A stretch of 55,679 nucleotides of DNA from Acidimicrobiia bacterium (lineage in GTDB: Bacteria > Actinomycetota > Acidimicrobiia > Spongiisociales > ZC4RG35): contig JBFHRE010000003.1 of the NCBI GenBank assembly GCA_041591895.1, forward strand, positions 1-55,679, written 5' to 3'. Below the pieces are notes generated by a model that saw only the letters and a program-made list of their open reading frames with translations, did no database searches and was not told where the DNA came from. Below are positions 1 through 9,237 of this stretch, one piece after another. How positions within the stretch are numbered: position 1 is the first letter of the stretch; each line of letters starts with the position of its first letter. A program made the position numbers and the translations under genes.

Positions 1-77
1 GACGAAGAAGTCCTCGATGCCATGGCCGGGAAGGTCCCCCGATCGGGCTGGTTCCGGGGTTCCCGAAAAGACCGGGC

Positions 78-1343
78 CTAGCTCTTCACGTCTTCGGTTG
101 CGGGCTCGGACCAGATCGGGTCACCGGGCGAGTTCGCCTTCCTGGCCAGGTAGAGGAACGGGGCTGCCAGCAGCTGAAACGCCGACGTGACGAGGTAGGA
201 CGGTCCGTAGCCCCAGACATCGGCGACCCGGCCCAATGCCGGTTGAGATACGGCTGCTCCGGCAGACCCGAGTAGCGAATCCATCGACAGCACCGTCGCG
301 CGCTGTTCCGAGGTGATGCACCCGTTGACGTATGCCTGGCGAACCGGCGTCGAGGCGGCGTACATCAGCGACCACACGATTAGCAGGCCGATCGCGACCC
401 ACACGTTGCCGGTGAGTCCGATCCCGACCATCGCCACCGACCCGAGCACCACTCCGACGATCAGCACCGAGGTCCTGCGCTTGAACCGACGGCGGACCCA
501 CGGCACGGTGAGCCCTCCGGCAATCTGGGCTGAGGCGAGCACGGCTGCCGCCGCCCCGGCGATGCCGTAGGCCTCGCTGTCGCCGTACAGCTCCAACAGG
601 TATGGCTGGAGGGCGTAGAAGCCGTAGATCCCTGCCCCCATGGTGAAGGGTGAAGCGAGCATCACCCAGCGCAGCCACGGATTCCGCCAGCCAACGTCGA
701 CCGAGGCAGCCGCGATCCGGCGCATCTCGCCCAGCGGGTTGCCCTTCGGGGCCGGTGTGAATCCCTCGTCCTTCATCAGTGCCCACGCCGCGACCAGGGT
801 CGCACCCAGCACGGCCGCCCGGATGATGTATGGGACCCCGAGATTGGTCAGTTGGGCAACGAACCCACCGGCGACCGATCCGGTCAGCATCGATCCGCCC
901 GCCACCATCTGTCCCCGGGCGAACACGGTCTCCAGATCTGCCGAGTACTCGTTGAACGTCAACGCATCGACCAGCCACGCCTCCACGGCGCCGGAGAAGA
1001 AAGTGAAGCCGAGACCGATCAGCATCGACGACAGTGCCCAACCCCAGAACGGTCCCTGGATCTGCCACATGTACAGATAGAGCAGGGTCGAGACGAGCAG
1101 AGTGGCCGCCCCGCACAGGTACGAGGTTCGCCGTCCCCAGGTGTCGGCCACCACCCCGGTCGGGACTTCGAAGAGAACCTGGCCCACCGTGAAGAACGCG
1201 TTGGCCGAGAAGGCCTCGGTGTTGGTGAGCCCGGCATCGAGGAGAAACAGGGTGTTGATCCCCCAGATGAACGAAGCCGCCAGGGTCGAGAGCAGCGTCA
1301 GCAGCAGATAGGTACGCCGGATCCGGCGGGCGCCTTCGGTCAT
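78..1343 (-). CDS. MFS transporter (421 aa)
   Basis: About 12 hydrophobic segments; MFS motif A-like 'EVPTGVVADTWGRR'. Start trimmed from the ORF track (1562) to the ATG of MTEGARR so it does not overlap the divergent gene. Confidence 0.9.
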   Translation of the reverse strand: MTEGARRIRRTYLLLTLLSTLAASFIWGINTLFLLDAGLTNTEAFSANAFFTVGQVLFEVPTGVVADTWGRRTSYLCGAATLLVSTLLYLYMWQIQGPFWGWALSSMLIGLGFTFFSGAVEAWLVDALTFNEYSADLETVFARGQMVAGGSMLTGSVAGGFVAQLTNLGVPYIIRAAVLGATLVAAWALMKDEGFTPAPKGNPLGEMRRIAAASVDVGWRNPWLRWVMLASPFTMGAGIYGFYALQPYLLELYGDSEAYGIAGAAAAVLASAQIAGGLTVPWVRRRFKRRTSVLIVGVVLGSVAMVGIGLTGNVWVAIGLLIVWSLMYAASTPVRQAYVNGCITSEQRATVLSMDSLLGSAGAAVSQPALGRVADVWGYGPSYLVTSAFQLLAAPFLYLARKANSPGDPIWSEPATEDVKS

Positions 1344-1437
1344 CCCGGCAGGGTAAGCGAGCGCCGCCGCCCGGGTCGGTGGAACCGATCGGGGTGCCGG
1401 GAACGTCAGACCCCCACTCGACCCGCAGGAGGAACCC

Positions 1438-2556
1438 ATGCGACGACTCATCCAAACGGCGGTCCTGGCGGCTGCGCTGCTCGTGATTTCCGCCCCCGCC
1501 GCCTGGGCATGCGGCTTCCTCGTCTCCGCCAATGGAGCAGTTCGCCTCCAGGACACGGCCACCTTTGTGACCTGGGAGAACGGGATCGAGCACTACATCA
1601 CCAACTTCACGTTCAGCGGCGAGGTGGAGTCGTTCGGCTCGCTGATTCCGCTGCCCTCCGTGCCGACGGATGTCCGCCGGGCGGGAGATTGGACCCTTCA
1701 GCGCCTCGAGCGGGAGGTGAATCCGGATCGGCGCCTGGGGCTGGTTGAGGAGGGAGCGGTCTTCGCCGCCGCCGACACCGCCACCGTCCTGTTCCGCACC
1801 CAGATCGACTCTCTCGACGTGGTCGTGCTCGAAGGAGGCGCCTCCGCGGTCTTCAACTGGGTGAACGACAACGGTTTCAACCTCCCGCCCGGTGACGGCA
1901 CCCAGCACATGCTCGAGTTCTACGCCAGCCGGTCGCCGTACTTCCTCGCCGCCCGCTTCGATGCCGATCTCGCCGCCGCCGACGGGTTCGTCTCCGGAGA
2001 CGGCATCCCGGTCCAGATCACCATGCCCACCCCTCGCCCGTGGGTTCCGCTCCACATCCTCCACGGAGCGACCCCCGACCGTGAAGTGATCACCGCCGAC
2101 ATCTACCTCCTCACCCCGGAACGCCCCGAGCTCCTGTACGGCGAGGGCATCACGATCGAGCGGTCCGAGTGGGCGTCGGACCTGCTGCTCGACGACCTCC
2201 GCTCCGACGCCAACATGGAGTGGGTCCCGGAGCAGGCGTGGTTCACCTACCTCGACCTGGAGACCGAGGCTTCGAACCTGACCTACGACCTGTCGGTCGG
2301 CGTCGACGAGTCAGGTCCGTCGTTCCTCGACGCCGGGCTCACCCGGTTCGAACCGACGCCTGAGGACCTCGAGCGGTTCGGTCTCGGACCGGCCTGGTCG
2401 ACCTGGGACTACGTGGCCCTGGTGGCTGCGGTGGTGGCGGCGGGCGTCCTCGGGGGCATCGTCGCCACCCGGCGCCGGCCTCGGGACCGGTCGAGCGAGA
2501 CGCTCACCGCCTGGGCCGAGCCGAGCAACGCCCCGCTGGAGGACGCCCTCCACTGA
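1438..2556 (+). CDS. DUF2330-like exported/membrane-anchored protein
   Basis: SD AGGAGG; signal peptide ending 'AWA-CG'; 'FGSLIPLPSVP' and 'SPYFLAARF' segments; C-terminal TM followed by RRRPR. Confidence 0.75.
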   Translation: MRRLIQTAVLAAALLVISAPAAWACGFLVSANGAVRLQDTATFVTWENGIEHYITNFTFSGEVESFGSLIPLPSVPTDVRRAGDWTLQRLEREVNPDRRLGLVEEGAVFAAADTATVLFRTQIDSLDVVVLEGGASAVFNWVNDNGFNLPPGDGTQHMLEFYASRSPYFLAARFDADLAAADGFVSGDGIPVQITMPTPRPWVPLHILHGATPDREVITADIYLLTPERPELLYGEGITIERSEWASDLLLDDLRSDANMEWVPEQAWFTYLDLETEASNLTYDLSVGVDESGPSFLDAGLTRFEPTPEDLERFGLGPAWSTWDYVALVAAVVAAGVLGGIVATRRRPRDRSSETLTAWAEPSNAPLEDALH

Positions 2557-2579
2557 CCTGTGCCCCCGAATCGAGCTGG

Positions 2580-2690
2580 CGAACCCAGGGTTCCTGAACA
2601 CCGTGAGGGTGTTGGTGGGCCCACGGTTCGGACTCCTGCTGAACCGTGGGCTGCTGAACACCGTGAGGGTGTTGGTGAACCCAGGGTTCG
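2580..2690. repeat. REP-like modular palindromic element, copy A (inverted dimer)
   Basis: GAACCCAGGGTTC (2581-2593, 2677-2689), AACACCGTGAGGGTGTT (2597-2613, 2657-2673), GTGGGCCCACGGTTCG (2615-2630) and its partial reverse complement (2641-2651); lies between convergent genes. Confidence 0.85.
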
Positions 2691-2694
2691 GGGA

Positions 2695-3201
2695 TCAAGG
2701 CCAAGGGATGAGGGGGGCTTCGTCGTCGATGTTGCCGACGAACTGCTGTAGGTCGGAGTGGCCCAGCGCCTGACGGATCCCCATCGCCTCACCGAGGTGG
2801 AACCAGTAGTGATAGATCGTCCGATGCATGAGCGATCCCGGCTGGAACGTGACATCGCCGACGGTCATCCATCGCTCCAGGTCGGCAGTGGTCAGGGTGT
2901 CGAGAAACGGATCGGCCGCAGCGACAACCTGATCCCACAGTCCACGCATCTCGGCCAGCGGCGGCGTCGACCCAGGACAGCCGAAGCAGAACTCGTCGAC
3001 CAGGCGCTGGGATACGGGCTCCAGGCCCTGCATCCGAATCAGCCAGTAGCGCTGTTCCTGCCACGCCAGGTGGCCGACGCTCCACGAGATCGAGTTGGCT
3101 GGACCCACCCGAACGACGGCGTCGGTCTCGGCGAGGTCGTCCAGGCCACGCCAGAACTCCGTACGAGTGAACCGAAGCTGGTCGACAAGCGGATGTGGCA
3201 T
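2695..3201 (-). CDS. DinB/YfiT superfamily protein
   Basis: 'NSISWSVGHLAWQE' and 'YHYWFHLGE' His motifs typical of DinB four-helix bundles; 168 aa. Confidence 0.85.
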   Translation of the reverse strand: MPHPLVDQLRFTRTEFWRGLDDLAETDAVVRVGPANSISWSVGHLAWQEQRYWLIRMQGLEPVSQRLVDEFCFGCPGSTPPLAEMRGLWDQVVAAADPFLDTLTTADLERWMTVGDVTFQPGSLMHRTIYHYWFHLGEAMGIRQALGHSDLQQFVGNIDDEAPLIPWP

Positions 3202-3211
3202 CTCGACGAGC

Positions 3212-3727
3212 CTATTGCACCAGCGACGGGAACGCCCCGATGGCGTCGACCAACCAGGGCGCCAGAGTCGGATCGCGCTCTTCGATCCGGCGCCTGAGAT
3301 CCGACGGCGACACCCAGGCCCACTCGGAGACCTCCAGTGGATCGGGGAAGGGATCGTCGTCGGTCCGGCCGATCAGCACATGGTCGAACTCCCACTCAAC
3401 CAAACCGCTCACCGGATCGACCGCCCGATATTCGAAGGTGCCGATCTCCAGCAGGGGCAGGTCGAGGCCCATCTCCTCCTCGAGGCGGGTTCTGGCCAAC
3501 TCCGCCACCGGTCGATCCCCCACCGGATGGGAACAGCAGGCGTTCCCCCACAGCCCGGCGAAGTGGTACTTGTCGTCGGCCCGGCGCTGGAGCAGCACCT
3601 TGCCGCCAGAGTCACGAACGAACACCGAGAACGCCTCATGACGAAGACCGGGAGCCACATGGGCCGCCAGCTTCTCCTCGTGACGGTCGAACCGGCCCGC
3701 GTCGTCTACCACCCGGACCAGGCTCAC
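3212..3727 (-). CDS. idi: Isopentenyl-diphosphate delta-isomerase type 1 (Nudix fold)
   Basis: 'EKLAAH...LRHEAFSVF...LLQRRADDKYHFAGLWGNACCSHP...EWEFDHV'. GTG start overlaps the stop of the upstream globin gene (GTGA). Confidence 0.92.
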   Translation of the reverse strand: MSLVRVVDDAGRFDRHEEKLAAHVAPGLRHEAFSVFVRDSGGKVLLQRRADDKYHFAGLWGNACCSHPVGDRPVAELARTRLEEEMGLDLPLLEIGTFEYRAVDPVSGLVEWEFDHVLIGRTDDDPFPDPLEVSEWAWVSPSDLRRRIEERDPTLAPWLVDAIGAFPSLVQ

Positions 3728-4137
3728 GATGCCGCCTTCGAGCCCGGCTGGTTGATCAGGTGTCGCGCCAGTCCCTCGAGCCGTTCGTCGAGATAGGCCC
3801 GCAACTGGTCCTCGACGCCGACCTCCAGCAGCGCCTCCCGCATGCACCGCATCCACTCGTCGGCCTCGGCGGGACCGATCGCGAAGGGAAAGTGCCGCAT
3901 CCGGAGCTGCGGATGCCCGTACTGCTGCATGTAGAGCTGGGGGCCGCCCAGCCACCCGGACATGAAGGCATAGAACTTCTCACGGGTGGGACCTGTGTCG
4001 GGAGGCAGCATCGCCCGCAATACCGGGCTGGTGGCTTCGATCCGGTCATAGAAGACGTTGGTGAGATGGCGCACGCGGGCCTCACCTCCTGCGGCGAGGT
4101 AAGGGGTTGGTTCCGGTCCCCAGGGCTGACGGCTCAC
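3724..4137 (-). CDS. Group II truncated hemoglobin (2/2 globin)
   Basis: 'GGEARV...FYDRI', 'GWLGGPQLY...GHPQLRMRHFPFAIG...DEWMRCM'; GTG start chosen. Confidence 0.9.
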   Translation of the reverse strand: MSRQPWGPEPTPYLAAGGEARVRHLTNVFYDRIEATSPVLRAMLPPDTGPTREKFYAFMSGWLGGPQLYMQQYGHPQLRMRHFPFAIGPAEADEWMRCMREALLEVGVEDQLRAYLDERLEGLARHLINQPGSKAAS

Positions 4138-4236
4138 CCGGCCAGTGTTGCACGGGTTTCGGGTTTGTTCGATCGGAGGGTGCAACCACGCAGCGTGGCG
4201 GCTACGTTGTTGAGTACGAAGCGCGCGGAGGGAACC

Positions 4237-6381
4237 ATGCCCAGGACCAGCCGACGACTCGCAGCGGTCTCGGCACTGCTGCTCGGACTGCTGGCGATGC
4301 CGGCGATCTCACTGGCCCAGCAAGGACCGCCTGAGAAGGTGACGGTGATCGTCACCCTCGAGGCCGGCTCGGACAGCGAAGCCTCGGCCAAGGCCAACGC
4401 CCGCCGGTTCGGTGGCCAGGTTGGATTCGTATACCGCCACGCCCTCAAGGGTTTCACCCTCACCCTGCCGGAGAAGGCCGTCGCCGCCCTGGAACGCGCC
4501 CCGGGTGTGCTGACGGTCGAACGTGACTTCGTCGTGTCGACCACCCAGGTCGGGAGCCAGCCGGTTCCCACCGGGGTCGATCGGGTCGAGGCCGACCGCA
4601 ACCCGCCACCGTCTCAGATGAATGTCGACATCGCCATCATCGACACCGGGATCTGGTGGGGAACCAACGCCAGCGGCCAGCCGAGGTCCCACCCTGATCT
4701 CAATCTCGTGTACTTCACCGACTGCACCGGAGCGATCTTCTACCCACTGTTCGGCGGTTGCCAGGCCGGTGGCAACGATGGCAACGGGCACGGCACCCAC
4801 GTGGCCGGGATCGCGGCCGCGCGGGACAACTCGATCGGCTCGATCGGAACGGCACCGGGAGCGACGTTGTGGTCGTTCAAGGCATTGGGCGACGACGGAA
4901 CCGGCTACGGCGGATCGATCGTCGCCGCGATCGATCTCGCCGCCGCCAACGCCAGCGAAATCGAAGTCGTCAACATGAGCTTCGGCTTCCAAGGAAGCTC
5001 GCCCGCGATCGACACCGCCATCACCAACGCCGTCAATGCCGGTCTGGTGTTCGTCGCCGCGGCAGGGAATGACGCCATGGACGCCTCCGCCTTCAGCCCC
5101 GGGAACCATCCCGACGTGATCACCGTCTCCGCTCTGGCCGACTTCGATGGCAAGCCGGGTGGACTCGGGGCACCCACCTGCCGCCAGGACCAGGACGACA
5201 CCCTGGCCGACTTCTCCAACTTCGGCCCGCTGGTCGAGATGATCGCCCCCGGCGTGTGCATCTACTCGACCCATCTCAACGACGGGTATGCCGTCTATTC
5301 CGGCACCTCGATGGCAGCGCCTGCTGTGGCCGGGGCCGTGGCGAGGTACCTGGCGAGGATCGGGCTCGATCCGACCAACCGCACCCAGGTGATGAACGTC
5401 CGGGCGGCGATCATGTCGGGTGGGATCCCGGCGGCATCGTCGTGCGGGTGGTCGGGCGACGCCGACTCGTTCCCGGAGCCACTCCTCTTCGTCAACTCGT
5501 CGATCTTCGGCGGTGACGGGACCTGCGATGGGTCCGGTTCGCCGCCTCCGCCCAACCAGTTGCCGACGGCGTCGTTCACCCATTCGTGCACCAACCTGAC
5601 GTGCACCTTCGGCGACACCTCCACCGACCCCGACGGGACTGTCACCGGATGGTCGTGGGACTTCGGCGACGGAAGCGTGTCGAGCACCCAGAACCCGAGC
5701 CATACCTACACCAGTGGAGGCAGCAAGACGGTGACGTTGACGGTTACCGACAACCAGGGAGCTAGCAGCTCACCCGTCTCCCAGACGGTGACAGTGACGG
5801 CACCGGCCAACCAGCCTCCGGTGGCCTCGTTCGTCTACTCGTGCACCGATCTGACCTGTGACTTCACCGACACCTCGACCGATCCCGATGGAAATGTCAC
5901 CGGTTGGTCGTGGACCTTTGGAGACGGATCGGCCTCGAACACGAAGAATCCGAGTCGCACGTACGCCGCGGCCGGGACCTACACGGTCACCCTGACGGTC
6001 ACCGACAACCTGGGTGCCGCCAGCTCGCCCGCATCACAATCGGTGACGGTCACGGCGCCGCCACAGCAAGCCACCACCGTCTCCGGCGCCGCATTCCCGA
6101 TTCTCGTCGATGGTCGTAACGCAACCGCCGACGTGTGGACCTTCAACAACCTCGATCAGGACGTGATCGGTGCCACCGTCTACGGAACCTGGACCTACAC
6201 CGATCGCAGGGGCAGGGAACGAACGACCAACGCCTCGGCGGTGTCGGGTGCCATGGGCATAGCCCCGTTCAGCCTCAACCTGCCGCGGGGCGGGACAGTG
6301 CTGAGTTTCTGCGTCACCAACGTGGTGTACGGAAGCCTGAACTACGAACCAAGCGTGCCGTGCGCTTGGCCGCTCACGTGA
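4237..6381 (+). CDS. Secreted S8 subtilisin-like protease with I9 propeptide and two PKD domains
   Basis: Signal peptide; catalytic triad IIDTG / HGTHVAG / GTSMAAP; two PKD repeats ('WSWDFGDG', 'WSWTFGDG'). Start at the ATG after GGAGGG; the ORF-track extension to 3337 overlaps minus-strand genes. Confidence 0.93.
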   Translation: MPRTSRRLAAVSALLLGLLAMPAISLAQQGPPEKVTVIVTLEAGSDSEASAKANARRFGGQVGFVYRHALKGFTLTLPEKAVAALERAPGVLTVERDFVVSTTQVGSQPVPTGVDRVEADRNPPPSQMNVDIAIIDTGIWWGTNASGQPRSHPDLNLVYFTDCTGAIFYPLFGGCQAGGNDGNGHGTHVAGIAAARDNSIGSIGTAPGATLWSFKALGDDGTGYGGSIVAAIDLAAANASEIEVVNMSFGFQGSSPAIDTAITNAVNAGLVFVAAAGNDAMDASAFSPGNHPDVITVSALADFDGKPGGLGAPTCRQDQDDTLADFSNFGPLVEMIAPGVCIYSTHLNDGYAVYSGTSMAAPAVAGAVARYLARIGLDPTNRTQVMNVRAAIMSGGIPAASSCGWSGDADSFPEPLLFVNSSIFGGDGTCDGSGSPPPPNQLPTASFTHSCTNLTCTFGDTSTDPDGTVTGWSWDFGDGSVSSTQNPSHTYTSGGSKTVTLTVTDNQGASSSPVSQTVTVTAPANQPPVASFVYSCTDLTCDFTDTSTDPDGNVTGWSWTFGDGSASNTKNPSRTYAAAGTYTVTLTVTDNLGAASSPASQSVTVTAPPQQATTVSGAAFPILVDGRNATADVWTFNNLDQDVIGATVYGTWTYTDRRGRERTTNASAVSGAMGIAPFSLNLPRGGTVLSFCVTNVVYGSLNYEPSVPCAWPLT

Positions 6382-6382
6382 T

Positions 6383-6856
6383 CTAGCCCAGGCTCTCCAA
6401 CTGCTCGGCGTGTTCCTCGAGATGGCCGACGAGGAACACCTTCATCATGGCGTCCATGTCCATGACCCCGATCGTGCGGTGCAATCCCCTCACGACCAGA
6501 GCGCGATTGTCGAGCGACGCCACGAACTGTCTGAGCCGAACCAGGTCGTCCTGAAGCCGGGCCCAAGACACCTCCGGCGGCGTCGTCTTGCCGGCTTCGA
6601 GCGAGTCGGCCTTGCGGGTGTCGGCAGGATCTCGCCCAAAGGGGACCGGATCGCCGGAGTAGTTGTCGATGACCTTTTGCACCTGCGGGATCCAGAAGTC
6701 GACGAACTCGCTCAGGTGACCCCACACCTGTCCGTCCTCCCACAGCTCCTGGGTCTTGGGGTCGGGTGACGTCAGGCCTTCGATCGGGTGGGCGAGAGCA
6801 GAGAGACGGCGTTCGACGTCATCGATCCTTTGCAACCAGGCCCGAGTCTTGTTCAT
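6383..6856 (-). CDS. DinB-like protein
   Basis: 'W...QVWGHLSEF..FW' and 'GHLEEHAEQL' His motifs; SD AGGAG. Confidence 0.75.
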   Translation of the reverse strand: MNKTRAWLQRIDDVERRLSALAHPIEGLTSPDPKTQELWEDGQVWGHLSEFVDFWIPQVQKVIDNYSGDPVPFGRDPADTRKADSLEAGKTTPPEVSWARLQDDLVRLRQFVASLDNRALVVRGLHRTIGVMDMDAMMKVFLVGHLEEHAEQLESLG

Positions 6857-6924
6857 GTCCGCTCCTGTGATCGGCTGCGGGTAGTCCCCCTCGCACCCGG
6901 GCCAGGACGATATCGTCGTCGGCC

Positions 6925-7428
6925 ATGCTCAGGCGAACCGAACTGGAGCGGATCGACCGGTTCGATGTGTGCCGGCTGGTCACCAACGGCCGCCGGACCG
7001 GCCGACCGCACGACATCGAGATGTGGTTCTCGCTGGTCGGAGAAGCCGTCTGCATGATCTCGGGCAACGGGCCAAGCGCGGACTGGTATCGCAACGCGCT
7101 GGCCGACCCCTGGGTGAAGATGCGGTTTGGGTCAGACTGGTTCGCCGGCTCCGCTCGCCCGGCGGCGCAGGGCGAAGAGCGGCGAGCCGTCGGTGAGGCG
7201 ATGACCCGCAAGTACGGTGGTTGGGGCGGAGATCCCGAGATCGGCCTCGCGGAGAGCGACTGGACGTGGCGGGTACCGGCGCTGATCGTTGAATTCGATC
7301 AGACTCGATCTGTCCGTTCGGGTTCGACAGAGATCACGAGCGGCGACGGGACGGAGCGCGTACCTGCCGACGACAACGGGATCGCCGGAAGCGTGAGACG
7401 GAACACCGTCTCGCCATCGTGGAAGTAG
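6925..7428 (+). CDS. Deazaflavin (F420)-dependent oxidoreductase, nitroreductase/DDN family
   Basis: 'LVTNGRRTGRPH.IEMWF...ADWYRNALADPWV'; its 3' tail overlaps the convergent kinase gene by 130 bp. Confidence 0.8.
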   Translation: MLRRTELERIDRFDVCRLVTNGRRTGRPHDIEMWFSLVGEAVCMISGNGPSADWYRNALADPWVKMRFGSDWFAGSARPAAQGEERRAVGEAMTRKYGGWGGDPEIGLAESDWTWRVPALIVEFDQTRSVRSGSTEITSGDGTERVPADDNGIAGSVRRNTVSPSWK

Positions 7429-8975
7429 TCCAGATCTCCGTTCATCAGCTGGGCAAGTCGCCGGGCGACCGCCAGGCCGAGTCCAACCGACGCGGTGAGA
7501 CCCGGCCGGTTGTGCGCGCTCTCGTATGGGGAAAAGATCCGGGCCACGTCTTCGTCGGGCAAGGGCGGCCCCGAATCCCTCACCTCGAGCGTCAAGAGCT
7601 CGCGGGCCACTGAAACGACGGCTTTCCGCTCAGGGCCACCATGCTCGACTGCGTTGAGAAGGAGATTGCGGATGATGTGCCGCAGGCGACCTCCGTCGGC
7701 GACGGCTCCCCACCCCGGGATCTCCCCCTCGAGGGCCACCCCGGGGATGTCCCGCATGACCGTCTCGAGTTCCGCCATCAAGTCGGTGGCCGCAGGACGG
7801 ACGGTCAGGAGACCACTGTCGGCCCGGGCGGTCACAAGCAGATCCTCGACCACCCATGCCACCTGATTGGCCTCCTCGGCGATGAACTGCATCATCTCAT
7901 CGGCTTCCTCCGGGTCGAGTGAGCGGTCCGAAGTGAGCAGGTGGGAGAAGCCAACGATCGCGGCCAGTGGCGTCCGCAGCTCGTGGGACACGGCAGCGAT
8001 GAAACGGTCCTTGGACACACTCTCACGTTCCAGGTCGAGGCGTGCCTTCTCGACCTCGGTCACGTCATTGATGGTCACCAGAACATTGCTGGGGGCTTCG
8101 ATCACCAGCGCCTCGATCTGCAGCCATTGCTCCTCGCCTTGGACGCTCGTCGCCCTGATTCGTGACGGGGACGTAGCCCGACCCTGGGAGACGGCGGTGA
8201 TCCCATCGACCCACCATTCGACGTCGAGATCTCCCCTCAGCAAGGCTCGCAACGGGCCGATCATCTCTTCCTTCGACCTGCCTTCGATCCGCGCTGCCTC
8301 GTCATTGACTTCGACCACCTCGACGGCCGCCAGGACCTCCTCGAGCAGCTGGTGATCGCTGGTGATGCGACTGCGAACCGTCTCACCGGGTCGAAGGCGC
8401 GACGACAGGAGCTGAAGCGCCGCCCCCCAGTCTTCTTCGATCAGGCCGACCGGCGCCTTGCTGTAGAGGGCCTGATACCGGGTCGCCGACCGACGCCGGG
8501 ATTCGAATACTGCTGCGATGACGCCATACCCGAGCAGGAACGACGCCTCGGCTGACAGCAGGGCGAAGATGGCTGTTTGGCCGAGGGAAGGCTGCCACCA
8601 CCAGACGGCGACTGCGATCAGGGCGACACCCATCACGGCCTGAACCAGGCTCGGCCCGGATGAAAGCAGGACCGCTCCCAGCAGGAGGACGACGAGGGCA
8701 GTGGCACCGACGGGTACGGTCTCCCCCGAAAAGAACATGCTGCCGCCGGCGCCCAGAGCCACGGCCACGGCCAAAAGGGCCGGAGCGGCGCGGGGCGTCT
8801 TGCTTCGCAACTGCCACCCGAAAAGAACCACCACCCCTCCCGAGAAGGCAAGGAACGAGCGCTCCACCTCTCCCGACAACACCAACCCGAGCAGCACCAA
8901 ACCGGTGACGAGCGCCAAATAGAAACCCCACCTGAGGACGTCGCGCTGAAGTTGCAGATCACCGGCCATTACCAC
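7299..8975 (-). CDS. Membrane sensor histidine kinase (TM bundle + PAS-like + HisKA + HATPase), orphan
   Basis: H-box 'FIAAVSHELRTPL', N-box 'IRNLLLNAVEHG', G1 'VRDSG', G2 'SVGLGLAVARRLAQLMNG'. Confidence 0.9.
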   Translation of the reverse strand: MVMAGDLQLQRDVLRWGFYLALVTGLVLLGLVLSGEVERSFLAFSGGVVVLFGWQLRSKTPRAAPALLAVAVALGAGGSMFFSGETVPVGATALVVLLLGAVLLSSGPSLVQAVMGVALIAVAVWWWQPSLGQTAIFALLSAEASFLLGYGVIAAVFESRRRSATRYQALYSKAPVGLIEEDWGAALQLLSSRLRPGETVRSRITSDHQLLEEVLAAVEVVEVNDEAARIEGRSKEEMIGPLRALLRGDLDVEWWVDGITAVSQGRATSPSRIRATSVQGEEQWLQIEALVIEAPSNVLVTINDVTEVEKARLDLERESVSKDRFIAAVSHELRTPLAAIVGFSHLLTSDRSLDPEEADEMMQFIAEEANQVAWVVEDLLVTARADSGLLTVRPAATDLMAELETVMRDIPGVALEGEIPGWGAVADGGRLRHIIRNLLLNAVEHGGPERKAVVSVARELLTLEVRDSGPPLPDEDVARIFSPYESAHNRPGLTASVGLGLAVARRLAQLMNGDLDYFHDGETVFRLTLPAIPLSSAGTRSVPSPLVISVEPERTDRV

Positions 8976-9009
8976 TGCCCGATGCCGTCACCGCTCCCAT
9001 ACTCCTTAG

Positions 9010-9036
9010 GTCGACCGATTGTGGCCGTCGGTTAAC
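9010..9036 (-). promoter_or_regulatory. Possible sigma28/WhiG-like promoter of the kinase gene (degenerate)
   Basis: Minus strand GTTAAC-N15-GTCGAC; same spacing as the motifs at 13411, 28478 and 35299. Confidence 0.3.
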
Positions 9037-9151
9037 GTTGATACCCCCTTCGCGGCATCACGTTCCGATCATTGTGGCACCTACAGCCCTAGGTAGGACG
9101 GACCGTGGACGACGAAGGCCTCCTCTATGTCAGCGGTCGCCGTTCTCGCGC

Positions 9152-9180
9152 GTCCAGCGGGCGCTGAGCGCCCGCTGGAC
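9152..9180. other. Perfect 13-bp-stem inverted repeat between divergent genes
   Basis: GTCCAGCGGGCGC-TGA-GCGCCCGCTGGAC. Confidence 0.7.
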
Positions 9181-9201
9181 TGATAAAAACCTCGACAAGG
9201 G

Positions 9202-9231
9202 TTGCGAACAGGTGTTCGATGGGCGTATGTT
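9202..9231 (+). promoter_or_regulatory. Sigma70-type promoter overlapped by a LexA (SOS) box
   Basis: CGAAC-AGGT-GTTCG at 9205-9218 matches the Gram-positive/actinobacterial GAAC-N4-GTTC consensus. It overlaps -35 TTGCGA (9202-9207); -10 TATGTT (9226-9231) follows after an 18-bp spacer; ATG lies 6 nt further, suggesting a leaderless transcript. Confidence 0.8.
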
Positions 9232-9237
9232 GGGGCG

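Noticed and set aside
1-77. Possible 5' end of a minus-strand gene or terminator at the left edge
   Set aside because: Too little sequence to assign a frame or structure.
2581-2689. GAACCCAGGGTTC as a LexA box (also at 10380 and 45364)
   Set aside because: Spacing is GAAC-N5-GTTC, not N4, and the sites lie at gene 3' ends within a larger repeat.
3337-4236. 300-aa N-terminal extension of the subtilase
   Set aside because: It overlaps idi and the globin gene on the other strand; SD and signal peptide begin at 4237.
8959-9000. 13-codon minus-strand ORF (MGAVTASGSGNGR) overlapping the kinase start; possible frameshifted true start
   Set aside because: Too short to support, and the AAGGAG lies only 1 nt from the ATG; needs ortholog alignment or read inspection.
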